DNA of 64,000 bases from a bacterium (GTDB taxonomy: Bacteria; UBA8248; JACPRG01; G963555815): positions 4,032,001 to 4,096,000 of the forward strand of contig OZ244653.1 of NCBI GenBank assembly GCA_965218795.1, written 5' to 3'. The number at the start of each line of letters is the position of its first letter. Within the stretch, counting starts at the first letter, position 1. Shown piece after piece: positions 17,246 to 27,370 of this stretch. Below the pieces are notes generated by a model. That model did not search any database. It was not told the DNA's origin and saw only the letters and a list, made by a program, of their open reading frames with translations. A program made the translations under genes and the position numbers.

Positions 17246-17286
17246 GCCTGAGCAAATCCTAAGTCTGTTATTGGATTTGCTCAGGC
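17246..17286. repeat. Perfect 14-bp inverted repeat within a larger imperfect hairpin
   Basis: GCCTGAGCAAATCC (17246-17259) / GGATTTGCTCAGGC (17273-17286); outer arms TTAGGCAGCAGG / CCTGCTCTGCTAA. Confidence 0.75.
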
Positions 17287-17369
17287 ATTGCGAGTTGAAA
17301 CCTGCTCTGCTAAGGGACAAAAATAGCGATCTCAATCAGTATAACGGTCTCGAAGAACTGAACCCTGAT

Positions 17370-18065
17370 AAGCGCGAGAGAGCGCGGGCCCGAGGCGCAG
17401 GAAGCGGTAGCCGCCAAAAGCTTAGGAGAGAGAAGATTGAAAAGGCTTGGGATGATTCTCAGAAAGAGGAGGAAGCCCGCCTCAATAAAATTGACATTGT
17501 GGAAGAAGGTGCTGTTTTCGGTCATTGCCTTTCTGCTCTTCTTTCTGCTCGTCGAGGGTTATTCCCGCTTCAAGACCTACCTCGATACGGGAGGCGTTGG
17601 GAGGGTCGACCACCTTCGGGTGAGGGATTGAATCGGACGACGATACCTGGCCCGCTCGCTTGGAAGCGAGTCTGAACAGGGAGTCCTCCGGGGCTCGCAT
17701 CGAGGTGATGAATTTTGGGGAGAATCACGCTACGTCGACCACCGTCTTGAAAAGCCGCCTTCCACTCGCAAGACGCTACGCCCCCGATTTCTATATTCTG
17801 TTCAGCGGATACAACGACTATGATAAAGCTCTGCGGAAGATGACCGTCGGTCCATCCGAATCGAAAAGTCGGTCCGCGGTCAAACCCGAACCGTCCGGGG
17901 AGGCAGCGGTCGGAATCCTCGAACGGGAGGACATCATCGAGCGGATCACGCTCTTTTTTCTGAGCTACGGCGTCTTCGCCCATCGCCTGCGCGAGTGGAT
18001 CGCGAAGGTCTGGTACAAGGACATCGATTATTTCTACAAGCGCGAGAGAGCGCGGGCCCGAGGCG
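17370..18065 (+). repeat. Identical 28-bp direct repeat (17370-17397 and 18038-18065)
   Basis: AAGCGCGAGAGAGCGCGGGCCCGAGGCG occurs twice. Confidence 0.9.
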
Positions 18066-18228
18066 AAGAAAGCAAGCCGCGATCGATTTGGATGCGGTTC
18101 TCAAGATGTTTCGGGAAAACCTCGGACAGATAATCGATCGTGTCCGGAAGGATGGGGCGGATATTATGCTGATGACTTTACCGGTCCACTGGAATCACCC
18201 CGGCGCCCGTCACATTCTCGAAATTTGA
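17437..18228 (+). pseudogene. Fragmented membrane-anchored SGNH/GDSL hydrolase
   Basis: TM anchor, a frameshift, then LGGSTTFG*GIESDDDTWPARLE (TGA 17621), EVMNFG, SGYND, a second frameshift, FRENL and VHWNHPG. Confidence 0.8.
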
Positions 18229-18307
18229 ATCAGCCCGTGGGTCATCCAAGGGTCTTGAATGCCCCCGTCCGTGTCTTCCATTGTTCGATGAATCCTGGAA
18301 ACCTTCA

Positions 18308-19447
18308 TTGAACATCCTGCTCACCGCCAGCACATATCCGCCCGCCGCAGGCGGTGTCGAAACATACGCCTTTGAGATGGTCCGGCACCTGGAATCATTC
18401 GGCGAACAGCTCAACGTCGTGGCCCGATCTTCGACGAAGCAATGGCATGGCGACCGGGAAATCCGAAACGGCAAGGTCCAGCGAGCCCGCTCCAAACCGA
18501 TTCTCTGGACGCGATTTCACCGGTGCCTGCGCACGGGCCCCGATGTTTTATTTCTCACCCACCGTGCGGATTTCCTGACCTGGGCCCTCGCGGCAAAACG
18601 GAGCCGGGGCGTGCCGGTCGCTCTCACGGTCCACGGAAATGAAGTGTATGGCCACCGGGACCTGGGGCGCATCATCGATCAGATCAACCAGACCGACACC
18701 GTATTCGCAGTCAGCCGATACGCCGAAGGCCGGTTGCGTGAATTGGGCGTCAGGCCGGAGATATTGCACACGGTTCCGCACGGAGTGGCACTGGACAAAT
18801 TCACACTTGGCGCGTCGGCCGATTCCGGGACCGCGTTGGCCGGATGGGAGGGTCTCGACGACGCTCCGATCATCCTTTCCGCGGGAAGGTTTCGGGCGGT
18901 CAAGGGATATGATCGCATGATTCGCGCCCTGTCCGCCGTGGTGTCCCAGGTGCCCCGGGTTCGGTATGTCATCATCGGGAGCGGTCCGGAGGAGCTGCGC
19001 TGGAAGGCCCTCGCCCGCGAGCTGGGTGTGGAGGACCGCATCCTCTGGCTGCCTCCCGTTCCCTACGACCAATGGGGCGATTCGGCTTACGCCTACTACA
19101 ACGCCTGCGATGTATTCGTTGGTCCCAGCGTCCCGGACCCGGAGACCGGCGACGTGGAAGCCTTCGGGATTGCCTCCCTCGAGGCCGCGGCTTGTGGGCG
19201 GCCCGTCGTTGTGGGACGATGCGGCGGCGCGCCGGAGACCATCCAGGATGGTAAGACCGGATGGGTCGTAGACGCGGAAGACCCGGAGGCTTTGGCGGGT
19301 GCGGTCATTCGGCTGTTGAAGGATCCCGGCCTGAGAGCGAGGATGGGCGAGGCCGGACGAAAGCGGGTGGTGCAGGAATACGATTGGAGGATGTCCGCCC
19401 GTGGCGTGCGTCATGTCTTGAAGGATCTCGCCGAGCGCCGGCGTTGA
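18308..19447 (+). CDS. Glycosyltransferase family 4
   Basis: YPPAAGGVE, GRF..KGYD and EAFGIASLEAAACGRPVV motifs; TTG start inferred (ORF track 18281). Confidence 0.9.
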   Translation: MNILLTASTYPPAAGGVETYAFEMVRHLESFGEQLNVVARSSTKQWHGDREIRNGKVQRARSKPILWTRFHRCLRTGPDVLFLTHRADFLTWALAAKRSRGVPVALTVHGNEVYGHRDLGRIIDQINQTDTVFAVSRYAEGRLRELGVRPEILHTVPHGVALDKFTLGASADSGTALAGWEGLDDAPIILSAGRFRAVKGYDRMIRALSAVVSQVPRVRYVIIGSGPEELRWKALARELGVEDRILWLPPVPYDQWGDSAYAYYNACDVFVGPSVPDPETGDVEAFGIASLEAAACGRPVVVGRCGGAPETIQDGKTGWVVDAEDPEALAGAVIRLLKDPGLRARMGEAGRKRVVQEYDWRMSARGVRHVLKDLAERRR

Positions 19448-20393
19448 AGGATTTCCGGACTGAAGAAACTGCTGTTGGTGTTGTGTGCGGCCCTTCCGAC
19501 TTTCTTGGTGGGAGAAAGGCGCCGCGCGGCGGTTCTTCCGGCACAAGAATTCTCTGCGGTGGCAGGCCGCTGTGATCCGGTACAAGGCGGATCCCTGCTT
19601 TGGCTGGAAAGTCATCCCGGGAGAGTACGAATGCTCTCTGGAGGTGATCCGCATCAACAAGCTGGGACCAGGGGACCCGAAATTCCGAAACGAAAGCCCT
19701 TTGGCGAGATTCGAATTCTCGTCCTGGGAGGCTCATCAACATTCAATAGCAATTCGGAGAGGGGGCAAACGTGGCCGGCTCTGTTGGAAAAAAGACTGTT
19801 GCAGAAGTTCGGCTCCGGTATCCGGGTGATGAACGCCGGAACGCCCGGATATAGTAACTTTCATTCGGTCAGAAGGCTCAGGTGTGAGTTGCTCGCCTTT
19901 TCGCCGGTATTTGATGAGTTGACCCGGTGGTCTCAGCTCCTGACACGGCTGCGCTTCGCCCTGATCAAGCTGATCCGGCACTTCAGGAAGGTCAGCGACG
20001 AGGACCGGGAAAAGGACAACCTGGATCTGCGAATCCACCCGAACGGCGTGAGGTTCTACCGCAACAACCTGCTGAAAATTCGATCGCTGCTGGCGGGACG
20101 AAAGACCCCCTGATCATCGTCAAGCAACCCCTGCCCGTCCGGCCGGACAACACGCCCGAGGAAAGAAAGCAGATACGGTACGGATACTCCGGATTTGCAC
20201 ACGACACCTTGATCAAGGCCATCCGGCTCGGCTGGCGGTCAACGACGAGGTTTGCGGCCTGGAAGGGGTCCATTGTATCCCGGCCCATCGAAGAGTTCCG
20301 TCGCCCCTGGAGTACTTTCACGACCATGTTCATCCCTCGGCCAGAGGGCGACGGGCGATTGCAGATGCAGTTTTTTCGGAAGTTGCAAAGTAA
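19444..20393 (+). pseudogene. Second fragmented SGNH/GDSL hydrolase
   Basis: Pieces in different frames: TM anchor, DPCFGW, LGGSSTF..TWPALLE, VMNAGTPGY and YFHDHVHPSARG (TAA 20391-20393). Confidence 0.78.
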
Positions 20394-20495
20394 AGTGGCC
20401 GATATGAAGTCTTCCAAAATTCCGCCACTCCCCGCCGAGCGTTAGGCGTTGCGGGTGTATCCGGCGCGAATGGAGCGGTCCGAAGTGGAGGATGC

Positions 20496-21740
20496 ATGAC
20501 GACCGATACGGTGAGGGAGAAGTCTCTGAACGGAGCTTCGCCCGGGAAAGGGGCATTGCTCTGGGCCCGCCGCGTCAGTCGTTGGGCGTTGGTGGGGTTC
20601 GTCGTTCTGGACCCGATATCCATCTCCCTCTCCCAATTCTGTGTGGCCGTTGGAGTGCTCGCCGGCGCGACGGCCTGGGCCTTCAACCGGAGAGCGGGAA
20701 GGGCGCAGGACGAGTTTCCGCTGTGGATACCGATTGTTTCCTTCACCATCCTGACGCTGTTGTCCGCTCTCTTTTCGAACGATGTGCCGCGCAGCCTGCT
20801 GGATTCCAAGCAGCTGTTGCAGTTTTTCATCCTGTATTGGACCTTGGGCGCGGTCCCTGATACGCCATGGGCCAGAAGGCTTCTGCACCTGTTTATCCTG
20901 GTGGCGGCCGTACTGTCCCTTGTGGGGATTGGGCAGTTTTTTCTCAGCGAAGGCCCTGTGCTGACCCGGCGGCCGTACGGTATGTTGAGTCATTTCCAAA
21001 CGTTCGCGGGTGTATTGCTGCTTGGGACCCTTCCGGCTGTCTCTCTGGCGACGGCGAAGAGCGTACCGCGGAGCGAAAGGATCTTTGGCGTCCTGACCTC
21101 CCTTGTGTTGATTTTCGGTCTGCTGGTCTCGCTGACCCGGGGCGCATGGATTGGACTGTTTGTCGGCGTTGCGGTTCTCCTGGTCATTCAAGGCCGGGCG
21201 AAGTGGCTCTTGTTTCTTCCGATGATTGTCGTCGGCCTCTACATCGTCGGCCCGACGGATTTCAAGCAGAGGCTGCTCAATACTGTCCGGTTTGATGAGA
21301 ATGCCTCGGGAGAACGTCTTCGGATGTGGAAGGCAGGGTATCGGATCATTGGTTCGCATCCCGTTTTCGGGGTGGGGATCAACATGATCCGCCGGGAATA
21401 CCCGCAGTTCCGCGTAGAGGGCGCCACCAGGCTGTGGACTGGGCACCTTCATTCGAATCTGATTCATCTGGGCGCGGAGCGGGGCCTGCCCGCACTGGCG
21501 GCCTGGATCTGGATCTGGGCGGCATTCTTTTATCGGGGAGCCAAAGCGCTGCGGCAACGATTGGCTGGGGGAGAATGGACCCCTCCGGCGGAGATGGCTT
21601 CGGCCGGGCTCGCCGCTGTCGCCGGGTTCTTGACGGCGGGACTGTTCGAATACAACTTTGGTGACTCCGAGGTCGTCATGGTGGTCTATTGGATGATGGC
21701 GTTCCCATTCATTACGGGCCGGGGCATCCGGCGCGCCTAG
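20496..21740 (+). CDS. O-antigen ligase (WaaL/Wzy_C) family membrane protein
   Basis: Multi-TM; SLTRGAW, ERLRMW..G...I..HPVFGVG and HLHSN..H..AERG motifs. Confidence 0.9.
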   Translation: MTTDTVREKSLNGASPGKGALLWARRVSRWALVGFVVLDPISISLSQFCVAVGVLAGATAWAFNRRAGRAQDEFPLWIPIVSFTILTLLSALFSNDVPRSLLDSKQLLQFFILYWTLGAVPDTPWARRLLHLFILVAAVLSLVGIGQFFLSEGPVLTRRPYGMLSHFQTFAGVLLLGTLPAVSLATAKSVPRSERIFGVLTSLVLIFGLLVSLTRGAWIGLFVGVAVLLVIQGRAKWLLFLPMIVVGLYIVGPTDFKQRLLNTVRFDENASGERLRMWKAGYRIIGSHPVFGVGINMIRREYPQFRVEGATRLWTGHLHSNLIHLGAERGLPALAAWIWIWAAFFYRGAKALRQRLAGGEWTPPAEMASAGLAAVAGFLTAGLFEYNFGDSEVVMVVYWMMAFPFITGRGIRRA

Positions 21741-21873
21741 CGTTTGCTTTTTGAAGCTTCGGGGAATGGGATAGACGGTCGCCGGTACGGTTGGCCGGAG
21801 CCCCCCCGGGCGGACCTGGGTCACAAGACGCCGGTGAGCGAGGAACGAAGAACAGGATCGAAAGGAATCAGAA

Positions 21874-22905
21874 TTGAGCCGGGTCTTAATAACAGGAGGC
21901 ACCGGGTTCATCGGCTGCATCACGGCCAAACGATTCATGGACCGGGGCGATGAGGTAGTGGTGGTCGATAACCTTTCGCGAAAGGGAACGAATTGGAACC
22001 TGGAGTGGCTGAAAACCCAGGGGCCGTTTGATTTTGTGCAAGCCGATATCCGGAACCCGGAGGAGATGCGGGAAGCCATCGGCCGTTATCCGGACCTGAT
22101 GGCCATTTTGCACCTCGCCGCCCAGGTGGCCGTCACCACGTCGGTGTCCGATCCCCGGGAGGATTTCGACATCAACGCCTTGGGCACGTTCAACATTCTT
22201 GAAGCGGCGCGGGAGGCCCCCTGCGCCCCGCTCGTTCTCTACGCCTCCACCAATAAGGTGTACGGAGGGATGGAAGATGTGGAGGTGGTCGAGAGGGAAG
22301 GCCGATACGCGTACAAGGATTTAACGGGCGGCGTCCCGGAGTCACGGTGTCTTGATTTCCACTCCCCGTACGGTTGCTCCAAGGGCGCGGCTGATCAATA
22401 CGTGAGGGATTATGAGCGGATCTACGGGCTGAAGACGACGGTCTTTCGGCAGTCCTGCATATACGGCTACCGGCAGTTGGGGGTCGAGGATCAGGGTTGG
22501 GTGGCCTGGTTCACCATCGCCTCGGTTCTGGGGAGGCCCCTCACGATTTACGGAGACGGCAAACAAGTGCGTGATGTGCTCTTTATCGACGACCTTGTGG
22601 ATGCCTACGCCCTCGCCGTGGATGACCCGGACCGCGTCTCCGGCAAGATTTTCAATATCGGCGGAGGTCCTGGAAACGTCATGTCCCTCCTGGAGCTGTT
22701 GGACATTCTCAAAGACCTGAACGGCCGGGAGATCGAATGGTCCAACGATGACTGGAGACCGGGAGATCAGCGAGTCTTCGTCTGCGATATCGACCACGCC
22801 CGAAAGGTGATGGGCTGGGACCCCAAGGTGACGCCCGCCGAAGGGGTTGAAAGGCTTCACGGGTGGGTGATGCAGCACAAGCAGATGCTGGAGAATATCT
22901 TCTGA
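21874..22905 (+). CDS. NAD-dependent epimerase, CDP-paratose 2-epimerase (Tyv)-like
   Basis: TGGTGFIG, AAQVAVTTS, STNKVYG, DFHSPYGCSKG and EDQGWVAWF motifs. Confidence 0.88.
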   Translation: MSRVLITGGTGFIGCITAKRFMDRGDEVVVVDNLSRKGTNWNLEWLKTQGPFDFVQADIRNPEEMREAIGRYPDLMAILHLAAQVAVTTSVSDPREDFDINALGTFNILEAAREAPCAPLVLYASTNKVYGGMEDVEVVEREGRYAYKDLTGGVPESRCLDFHSPYGCSKGAADQYVRDYERIYGLKTTVFRQSCIYGYRQLGVEDQGWVAWFTIASVLGRPLTIYGDGKQVRDVLFIDDLVDAYALAVDDPDRVSGKIFNIGGGPGNVMSLLELLDILKDLNGREIEWSNDDWRPGDQRVFVCDIDHARKVMGWDPKVTPAEGVERLHGWVMQHKQMLENIF

Positions 22906-22957
22906 TTTCGTTATTTCCTGGTCGGATTCCCGCCTCAGTTGCTCTACTGCGCGCGTT

Positions 22958-24361
22958 ATGAGCAATTTCGTCCGGGCTGGGTTGCGACCGCAAGTGAGTC
23001 GTCGTTGGATGTGGTGGATCGTCGCCCTGGCGTTGGGGTTGCGACTGTGGGTCGCCTTTGACGCCGGTAACGCTCCCCCGGTATCAGATGGCATCGAGTA
23101 TGACGGATACGCCGTTAACCTGCTTTCGGGGAAGGGTTATCAATATTTACACGAGGGAACCCTCCGCCGGTCCGACCGACTTCCCCTCTATCCCCTGCTG
23201 CTGGCGTCTTCCTATTCCATCTTCGGCCGGTGGTTCCTCCCCATCCGAGTCCTTCAAGCCATCCTGGGGGCCCTCACCGTATGGCTCCTGATCCGGTTGG
23301 CCGACCGAATATTTTCCGATCCGACTCCGCTCTTGGGAGGCCTTCTGGCGGCGGTGTATCCGGCCCTCTTGTGGTACTACGGACCCGGGTTCATCCTCAC
23401 GGAGACGGTCTTCATTTTCACGGTGATCCTGGCGGTCGAACGCGCCTCGGCGCTGCGGGAGGATCCCGCGGCGGGCCGCGCAATCGGTCTGGGGTTTGCA
23501 CTGGCGGCTTGCTCGCTCACCAAGGGCATGGGCAATCTGCTGGCCGTTTTCGTTTTCGGCTATCTGGCGCTCAGTTGTCCTTGGTCTTGGCGGATGAAGG
23601 GAGCGAGGCTGGGACTATCCGTTTTGATTATGATCGTGTGCCTCGCGCCCTGGGTGGTCCGCAATTACGATCTTCACGGCGGTCTGGTTTACAGCACGAA
23701 AGGAGGGCATGTCTTTTGGGAATCCAACAACCCGACGGCCCGAGGCGGGTGGGCGCCCGTCAATCTCCAGGACCAGGACCGGCGAGCCGATCTGTCCAAA
23801 CGCCAAAGGGCCTATCTTGCGGAGCGGCGGGAGCGCGTTCGCGCGGTTGCCCATGAAATCCGGGTCATTGAGGCACGGCATCCCTCCGAAGGGTTATCGG
23901 AGATCGAAGGAGACAGGGCCGCCCTGGCGAAGGGTTTGGATTTTCTGTCAAGCTATCCGTCGCGGATTCCCAGGTTATTCTTCCGAAAGCTGGCGCTCTT
24001 GTGGAACCCCATCGGGTCGGAGTTTTTCCTGGGTTATGCGCTTGTTCTGCCCTATGCGCTCTTGGGTTTATGGGCTGCGCGTCGGGTCTCCGGCGTAGGT
24101 ATCCTGTGGACCGGGATTTTATACTTCAATTTCATGGCGCTGGTCTTTTACGGACACCCCCGGTTTCGTCTCTATCTTGAGCCGTTCCTGATTCTCGCCG
24201 CGGCTGCGGGTCTATGGACCGCGGCGCGGGGTTGCCAAAGAAGGCCGGCCATTCTGGCGGCTCCCCTCGCACTATTGACTGTGACGCTCTGGGTCGCGAT
24301 GGACGTCGACGGGGCCCAGAGGATGCTCCAAGGCGCATTTTCCATCTTGGGATTGAGATGA
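22958..24361 (+). CDS. ArnT/PMT-like GT-C membrane glycosyltransferase
   Basis: DGIEY, R.PLYP, ILTET, PWVVRNY and PRFR motifs; many TM helices. Confidence 0.82.
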   Translation: MSNFVRAGLRPQVSRRWMWWIVALALGLRLWVAFDAGNAPPVSDGIEYDGYAVNLLSGKGYQYLHEGTLRRSDRLPLYPLLLASSYSIFGRWFLPIRVLQAILGALTVWLLIRLADRIFSDPTPLLGGLLAAVYPALLWYYGPGFILTETVFIFTVILAVERASALREDPAAGRAIGLGFALAACSLTKGMGNLLAVFVFGYLALSCPWSWRMKGARLGLSVLIMIVCLAPWVVRNYDLHGGLVYSTKGGHVFWESNNPTARGGWAPVNLQDQDRRADLSKRQRAYLAERRERVRAVAHEIRVIEARHPSEGLSEIEGDRAALAKGLDFLSSYPSRIPRLFFRKLALLWNPIGSEFFLGYALVLPYALLGLWAARRVSGVGILWTGILYFNFMALVFYGHPRFRLYLEPFLILAAAAGLWTAARGCQRRPAILAAPLALLTVTLWVAMDVDGAQRMLQGAFSILGLR

Positions 24362-26004
24362 CCGACCGGCCAATTCCGCCTGATCCACCGGGGGCTCCGG
24401 GGCCAGAGTTTGGAGAGACCGGAGAGGGAGGCCTGGAGCGTCCGTGGCGTGCCGCGCAGTCCGTCAGCGGCGTCACCCTCATCTCCGGACTGGGCGCCGC
24501 CGTCGGACTCGTGTCCAATGCCCTCATCGCTTTTCACTTCGGCGCCGGCCGGTTGACCGACGCCTTCTTTTTGGCCCAATCCATCCCGATCGTACTGGCG
24601 CATCTCCTCCAAAGCGGTCCACTGCCGAGCGTGTTCATGCCTGTCTTCGTCCGAATCCGGACCGAAGCCGGCCCCGAGGCGGCGTGGCGGTTTTTCAATA
24701 ATCTGCTGAACCTTGTCCTGGTGCTGAGTCTGCTTCTCTCGGCGCTGGGTTTCCTCCTGGCGCCATGGATCGTCCGCTGGGTGGGCGCGGGATTCGACGG
24801 GCACACGTGGGAGACGAGTATCCGCGTGCTCCGTTTCCTTATCTTTACGATCCTGTCTCATACGCTTTCGGGCCTGCTGATCATTGCGCTGAACGCGCTG
24901 AACCTGTTTGTTCTTCCGGCCGCCCTCAGCTTGCTTCCGACGTTGGGCGTTGTGGTCTGCATGGCTGTGTTCGCGCCATCGATGGGGTTGGATGCCTGGA
25001 TACTGGGGAACCTGGCCGGCTCCGCCGTGTTTTTGTCGGCCCTCGGGGCGGCCCTTTGGAGTCAGGGTTGCCGCTATCGTCCTGTCCTGGAGTTCCGACA
25101 GCCGGAATTGCGGGAGGTGCTCCGTCGGGTTTCCCGATTCTTCATCAGTTCGGCGTTCACTCAGGGTCAGATCTTGAGTACGAAGTTCGTGGCCTCCCTT
25201 CTGGCCCCCGGAAGCCTTTCGGCGCTTGCGTACGCGGAACGGTTGTTCCTGGCGGCCTCCGCCCTGTTTACCATTCCCCTGCCCAACGTGATATTTCCGG
25301 AATTGGTGCGGATGAAGGTGGCCGACCGCCTGGCGGATTTGAAGGACTTGCTGTTCAAGGCGTCGCGGGTCCTTGTCCTTTTTCTTCTTCCGATTTCTTT
25401 GGGCATGATGGTCATCAGCGGCCTAGTGGTCGCCGTCTTGCTTCAGCGTGGCGCATTCGGCCCGGAGGACGCGTTCCGGACGAGTTGGTCGATGGTTCTG
25501 TACTTCATCGCCATCGTGCCTCTGGGATACAAGATGCTCTTCACCAATACTCATCACGCCTTGGGGAAGACTCGGGTTGTCGTGACTGGCCTGTGCGCTG
25601 CACAGGGAACCATCATCATCGGCAATTTTCTTTTCGCTTGGTGGTTCGACTATCTCGGCATTCCCGTTGCCCACGTCTTGGGACAACTGGTGCTTGTGGG
25701 CGTGCATGTTCACTCCCTCAAGCAGTCTTTCGAGCTGAAAGGGATATTCTGGAACCCTTCCAATCGCCGGGCCCTCCTCGCCGCGGTCCTGATGGGACTC
25801 GTCGCTATCGTCTTTCAGGTGTTCTGGCCGGAGGGGCTTTCCGGCACCCTCGTCGGCAGAGGGGGAATGCTGGCGACGGTTATCCTGGTGGCAGCCATCG
25901 CGTATTCAGGTCTGGTCCTTGGATTCGGGGTCCCGGAGGTCAGGGAGGTCATCGCTCAAGTGAGGGAGCGGATGCGGGGGGAGCCGGCACAACCCGGCGC
26001 CTGA
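24358..26004 (+). CDS. MurJ/MviN-like MOP flippase
   Basis: FGAGRLTDAFFLA, VFMPVF, LAYAERL and LLQRGAF motifs; ATGA overlap with the upstream gene. Confidence 0.88.
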   Translation: MTDRPIPPDPPGAPGPEFGETGEGGLERPWRAAQSVSGVTLISGLGAAVGLVSNALIAFHFGAGRLTDAFFLAQSIPIVLAHLLQSGPLPSVFMPVFVRIRTEAGPEAAWRFFNNLLNLVLVLSLLLSALGFLLAPWIVRWVGAGFDGHTWETSIRVLRFLIFTILSHTLSGLLIIALNALNLFVLPAALSLLPTLGVVVCMAVFAPSMGLDAWILGNLAGSAVFLSALGAALWSQGCRYRPVLEFRQPELREVLRRVSRFFISSAFTQGQILSTKFVASLLAPGSLSALAYAERLFLAASALFTIPLPNVIFPELVRMKVADRLADLKDLLFKASRVLVLFLLPISLGMMVISGLVVAVLLQRGAFGPEDAFRTSWSMVLYFIAIVPLGYKMLFTNTHHALGKTRVVVTGLCAAQGTIIIGNFLFAWWFDYLGIPVAHVLGQLVLVGVHVHSLKQSFELKGIFWNPSNRRALLAAVLMGLVAIVFQVFWPEGLSGTLVGRGGMLATVILVAAIAYSGLVLGFGVPEVREVIAQVRERMRGEPAQPGA

Positions 26005-26061
26005 GTTGCGCCGGGAACGAATGTGCTATCCCGTCATCGAGGGGAGGCGTCCGCCGTTCGA

Positions 26062-27213
26062 TCAACGATTCTCTTGTCTTGGGAGTCTCGGAGTAAAGTT
26101 AAAATCTTCCCGTTTCGCGGTGAACTGGTAAGCTTGATTTGGACGCTTTGGGGAGCTTCCGGTCCAGTAGAGGTAATTCCACATGTGGTTGTAATGGCGC
26201 AAATGCCAAATCGGATATTGATAAACGAGATAATCGCTCCGGAGCGCAACGCCGAATGCCGCGAATGCCGAATGGCTCATGTCCCCGATGGCGCCTCCAG
26301 AGATGACGTCTTTGATCCGGTCGGAGGGGATTCGCGCCGGTAAGGACCTGGGCCCGCCCTTCGGTTCTATTCCAACTCGACGGTAAAAATTCTCAATCGT
26401 ACCCAGAGCCTTACGGAAAACGTCCTCGCTGGTTCCCGTGCTCTGATGAATGACCTGATCAAGCTCGTGGTGGTAGGCCTCGGGCTTGCGTCCGGTCTTT
26501 GAGTAGAAGGCCTGCGTCAACTCAAGAAAGCTCAGAGGAATCCCTCCGCGTTCGTAATGGGCGTTGTACAGGGGATCCATCAACACCCACTTTCGATGAT
26601 CGGACGACCAGGCCTCCGCCGTTATGTGACGGTATCCAATCACCTCGCGGGCTGGAATTCCGACCACGCCGGCCGCCTGCACGAATAGCGTCGCCGCCTC
26701 CCCGCACATCATCCGCTCGTTTCTTTGTATCCCCCGCAGGAGTGTGAAGCCTCCCTTGCCCTCACGGGTCAGCGAGTACGGAATCTTCGAGAGTGTCAGG
26801 GGCCAAACCTTTTCGTGCGTCCACTGACGAATACGAATGGCCTTGTTGAAATTGGAAGTCGTGGAAGCGACCAGGGCATCCAGTTTGTTCTGCTTGCGAA
26901 AGGCGACCGCCGACGGGTGGCTTGGGTCCAGCAAGTCGAAGCCCACGCTTGAACCGGACCTGACGGGTCGGATTCCCTCTTTCCAGTCGAACAGATAACT
27001 TGTCAGAACATTCTTTCGGAAGGCCAGATACCCCTTCAGGGGATTTTCGAAATAAGCGGCAAAATGCGCATAGGAAATGTTTGGATAATTTCCCCGGTAG
27101 TCGAGTCCGAAGAATGTAGACAATCCGACCAAGGCCAACAGGGTAATGGAGAGAAGCAGGCGTCTGCGGCTCGATCCGCTGGAAAGAAAAGCCGCATCGG
27201 ATTCATCGTTCAA
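26062..27213 (-). CDS. Membrane-anchored transglutaminase-like protein
   Basis: N-terminal TM; CGEAA..F......GIPAR...H...E......WVLMDP gives a Cys-His-Asp triad. Confidence 0.75.
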   Translation of the reverse strand: MNDESDAAFLSSGSSRRRLLLSITLLALVGLSTFFGLDYRGNYPNISYAHFAAYFENPLKGYLAFRKNVLTSYLFDWKEGIRPVRSGSSVGFDLLDPSHPSAVAFRKQNKLDALVASTTSNFNKAIRIRQWTHEKVWPLTLSKIPYSLTREGKGGFTLLRGIQRNERMMCGEAATLFVQAAGVVGIPAREVIGYRHITAEAWSSDHRKWVLMDPLYNAHYERGGIPLSFLELTQAFYSKTGRKPEAYHHELDQVIHQSTGTSEDVFRKALGTIENFYRRVGIEPKGGPRSLPARIPSDRIKDVISGGAIGDMSHSAFAAFGVALRSDYLVYQYPIWHLRHYNHMWNYLYWTGSSPKRPNQAYQFTAKREDFNFTPRLPRQENR

Positions 27214-27341
27214 TTCACTTCTCAGCTCTCAGCTTCTCGTACCCGGGTTTCTTGCAATCTTCATCGCAACGGCCGATTTTGTATTATAGCCTGGTTTCAC
27301 TCTGGAGGGGGTGGAGCCCAGCTGACCTCATGGAATCCGCC

Positions 27342-27370
27342 TTGACAGCGTGGACAGCCGGAATTAAGGT
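27342..27370 (+). promoter_or_regulatory. Sigma70-type promoter upstream of the neuB-like operon, flanked by CATGGAATCC direct repeats
   Basis: TTGACA-17 bp-TAAGGT; CATGGAATCC at 27329-27338 and 27385-27394. Confidence 0.55.

Noticed and set aside
17227-17313. Integron attC site
   Set aside because: The hairpin lacks properly placed RYYYAAC/GTTRRRY ends, is single-copy here, and no integron integrase is present.
17403-17411. ops-like GCGGTAGC at the head of the glycan cluster
   Set aside because: Imperfect match to GGCGGTAGnnTG; the same 8-mer occurs near 1760 in an unrelated context, and no RfaH/NusG paralogue is in the window.
17621-17623. In-frame TGA as selenocysteine or recoded Trp
   Set aside because: The same gene carries frameshifts and deletions, and TGA is a normal stop throughout the window; a nonsense mutation is simpler.
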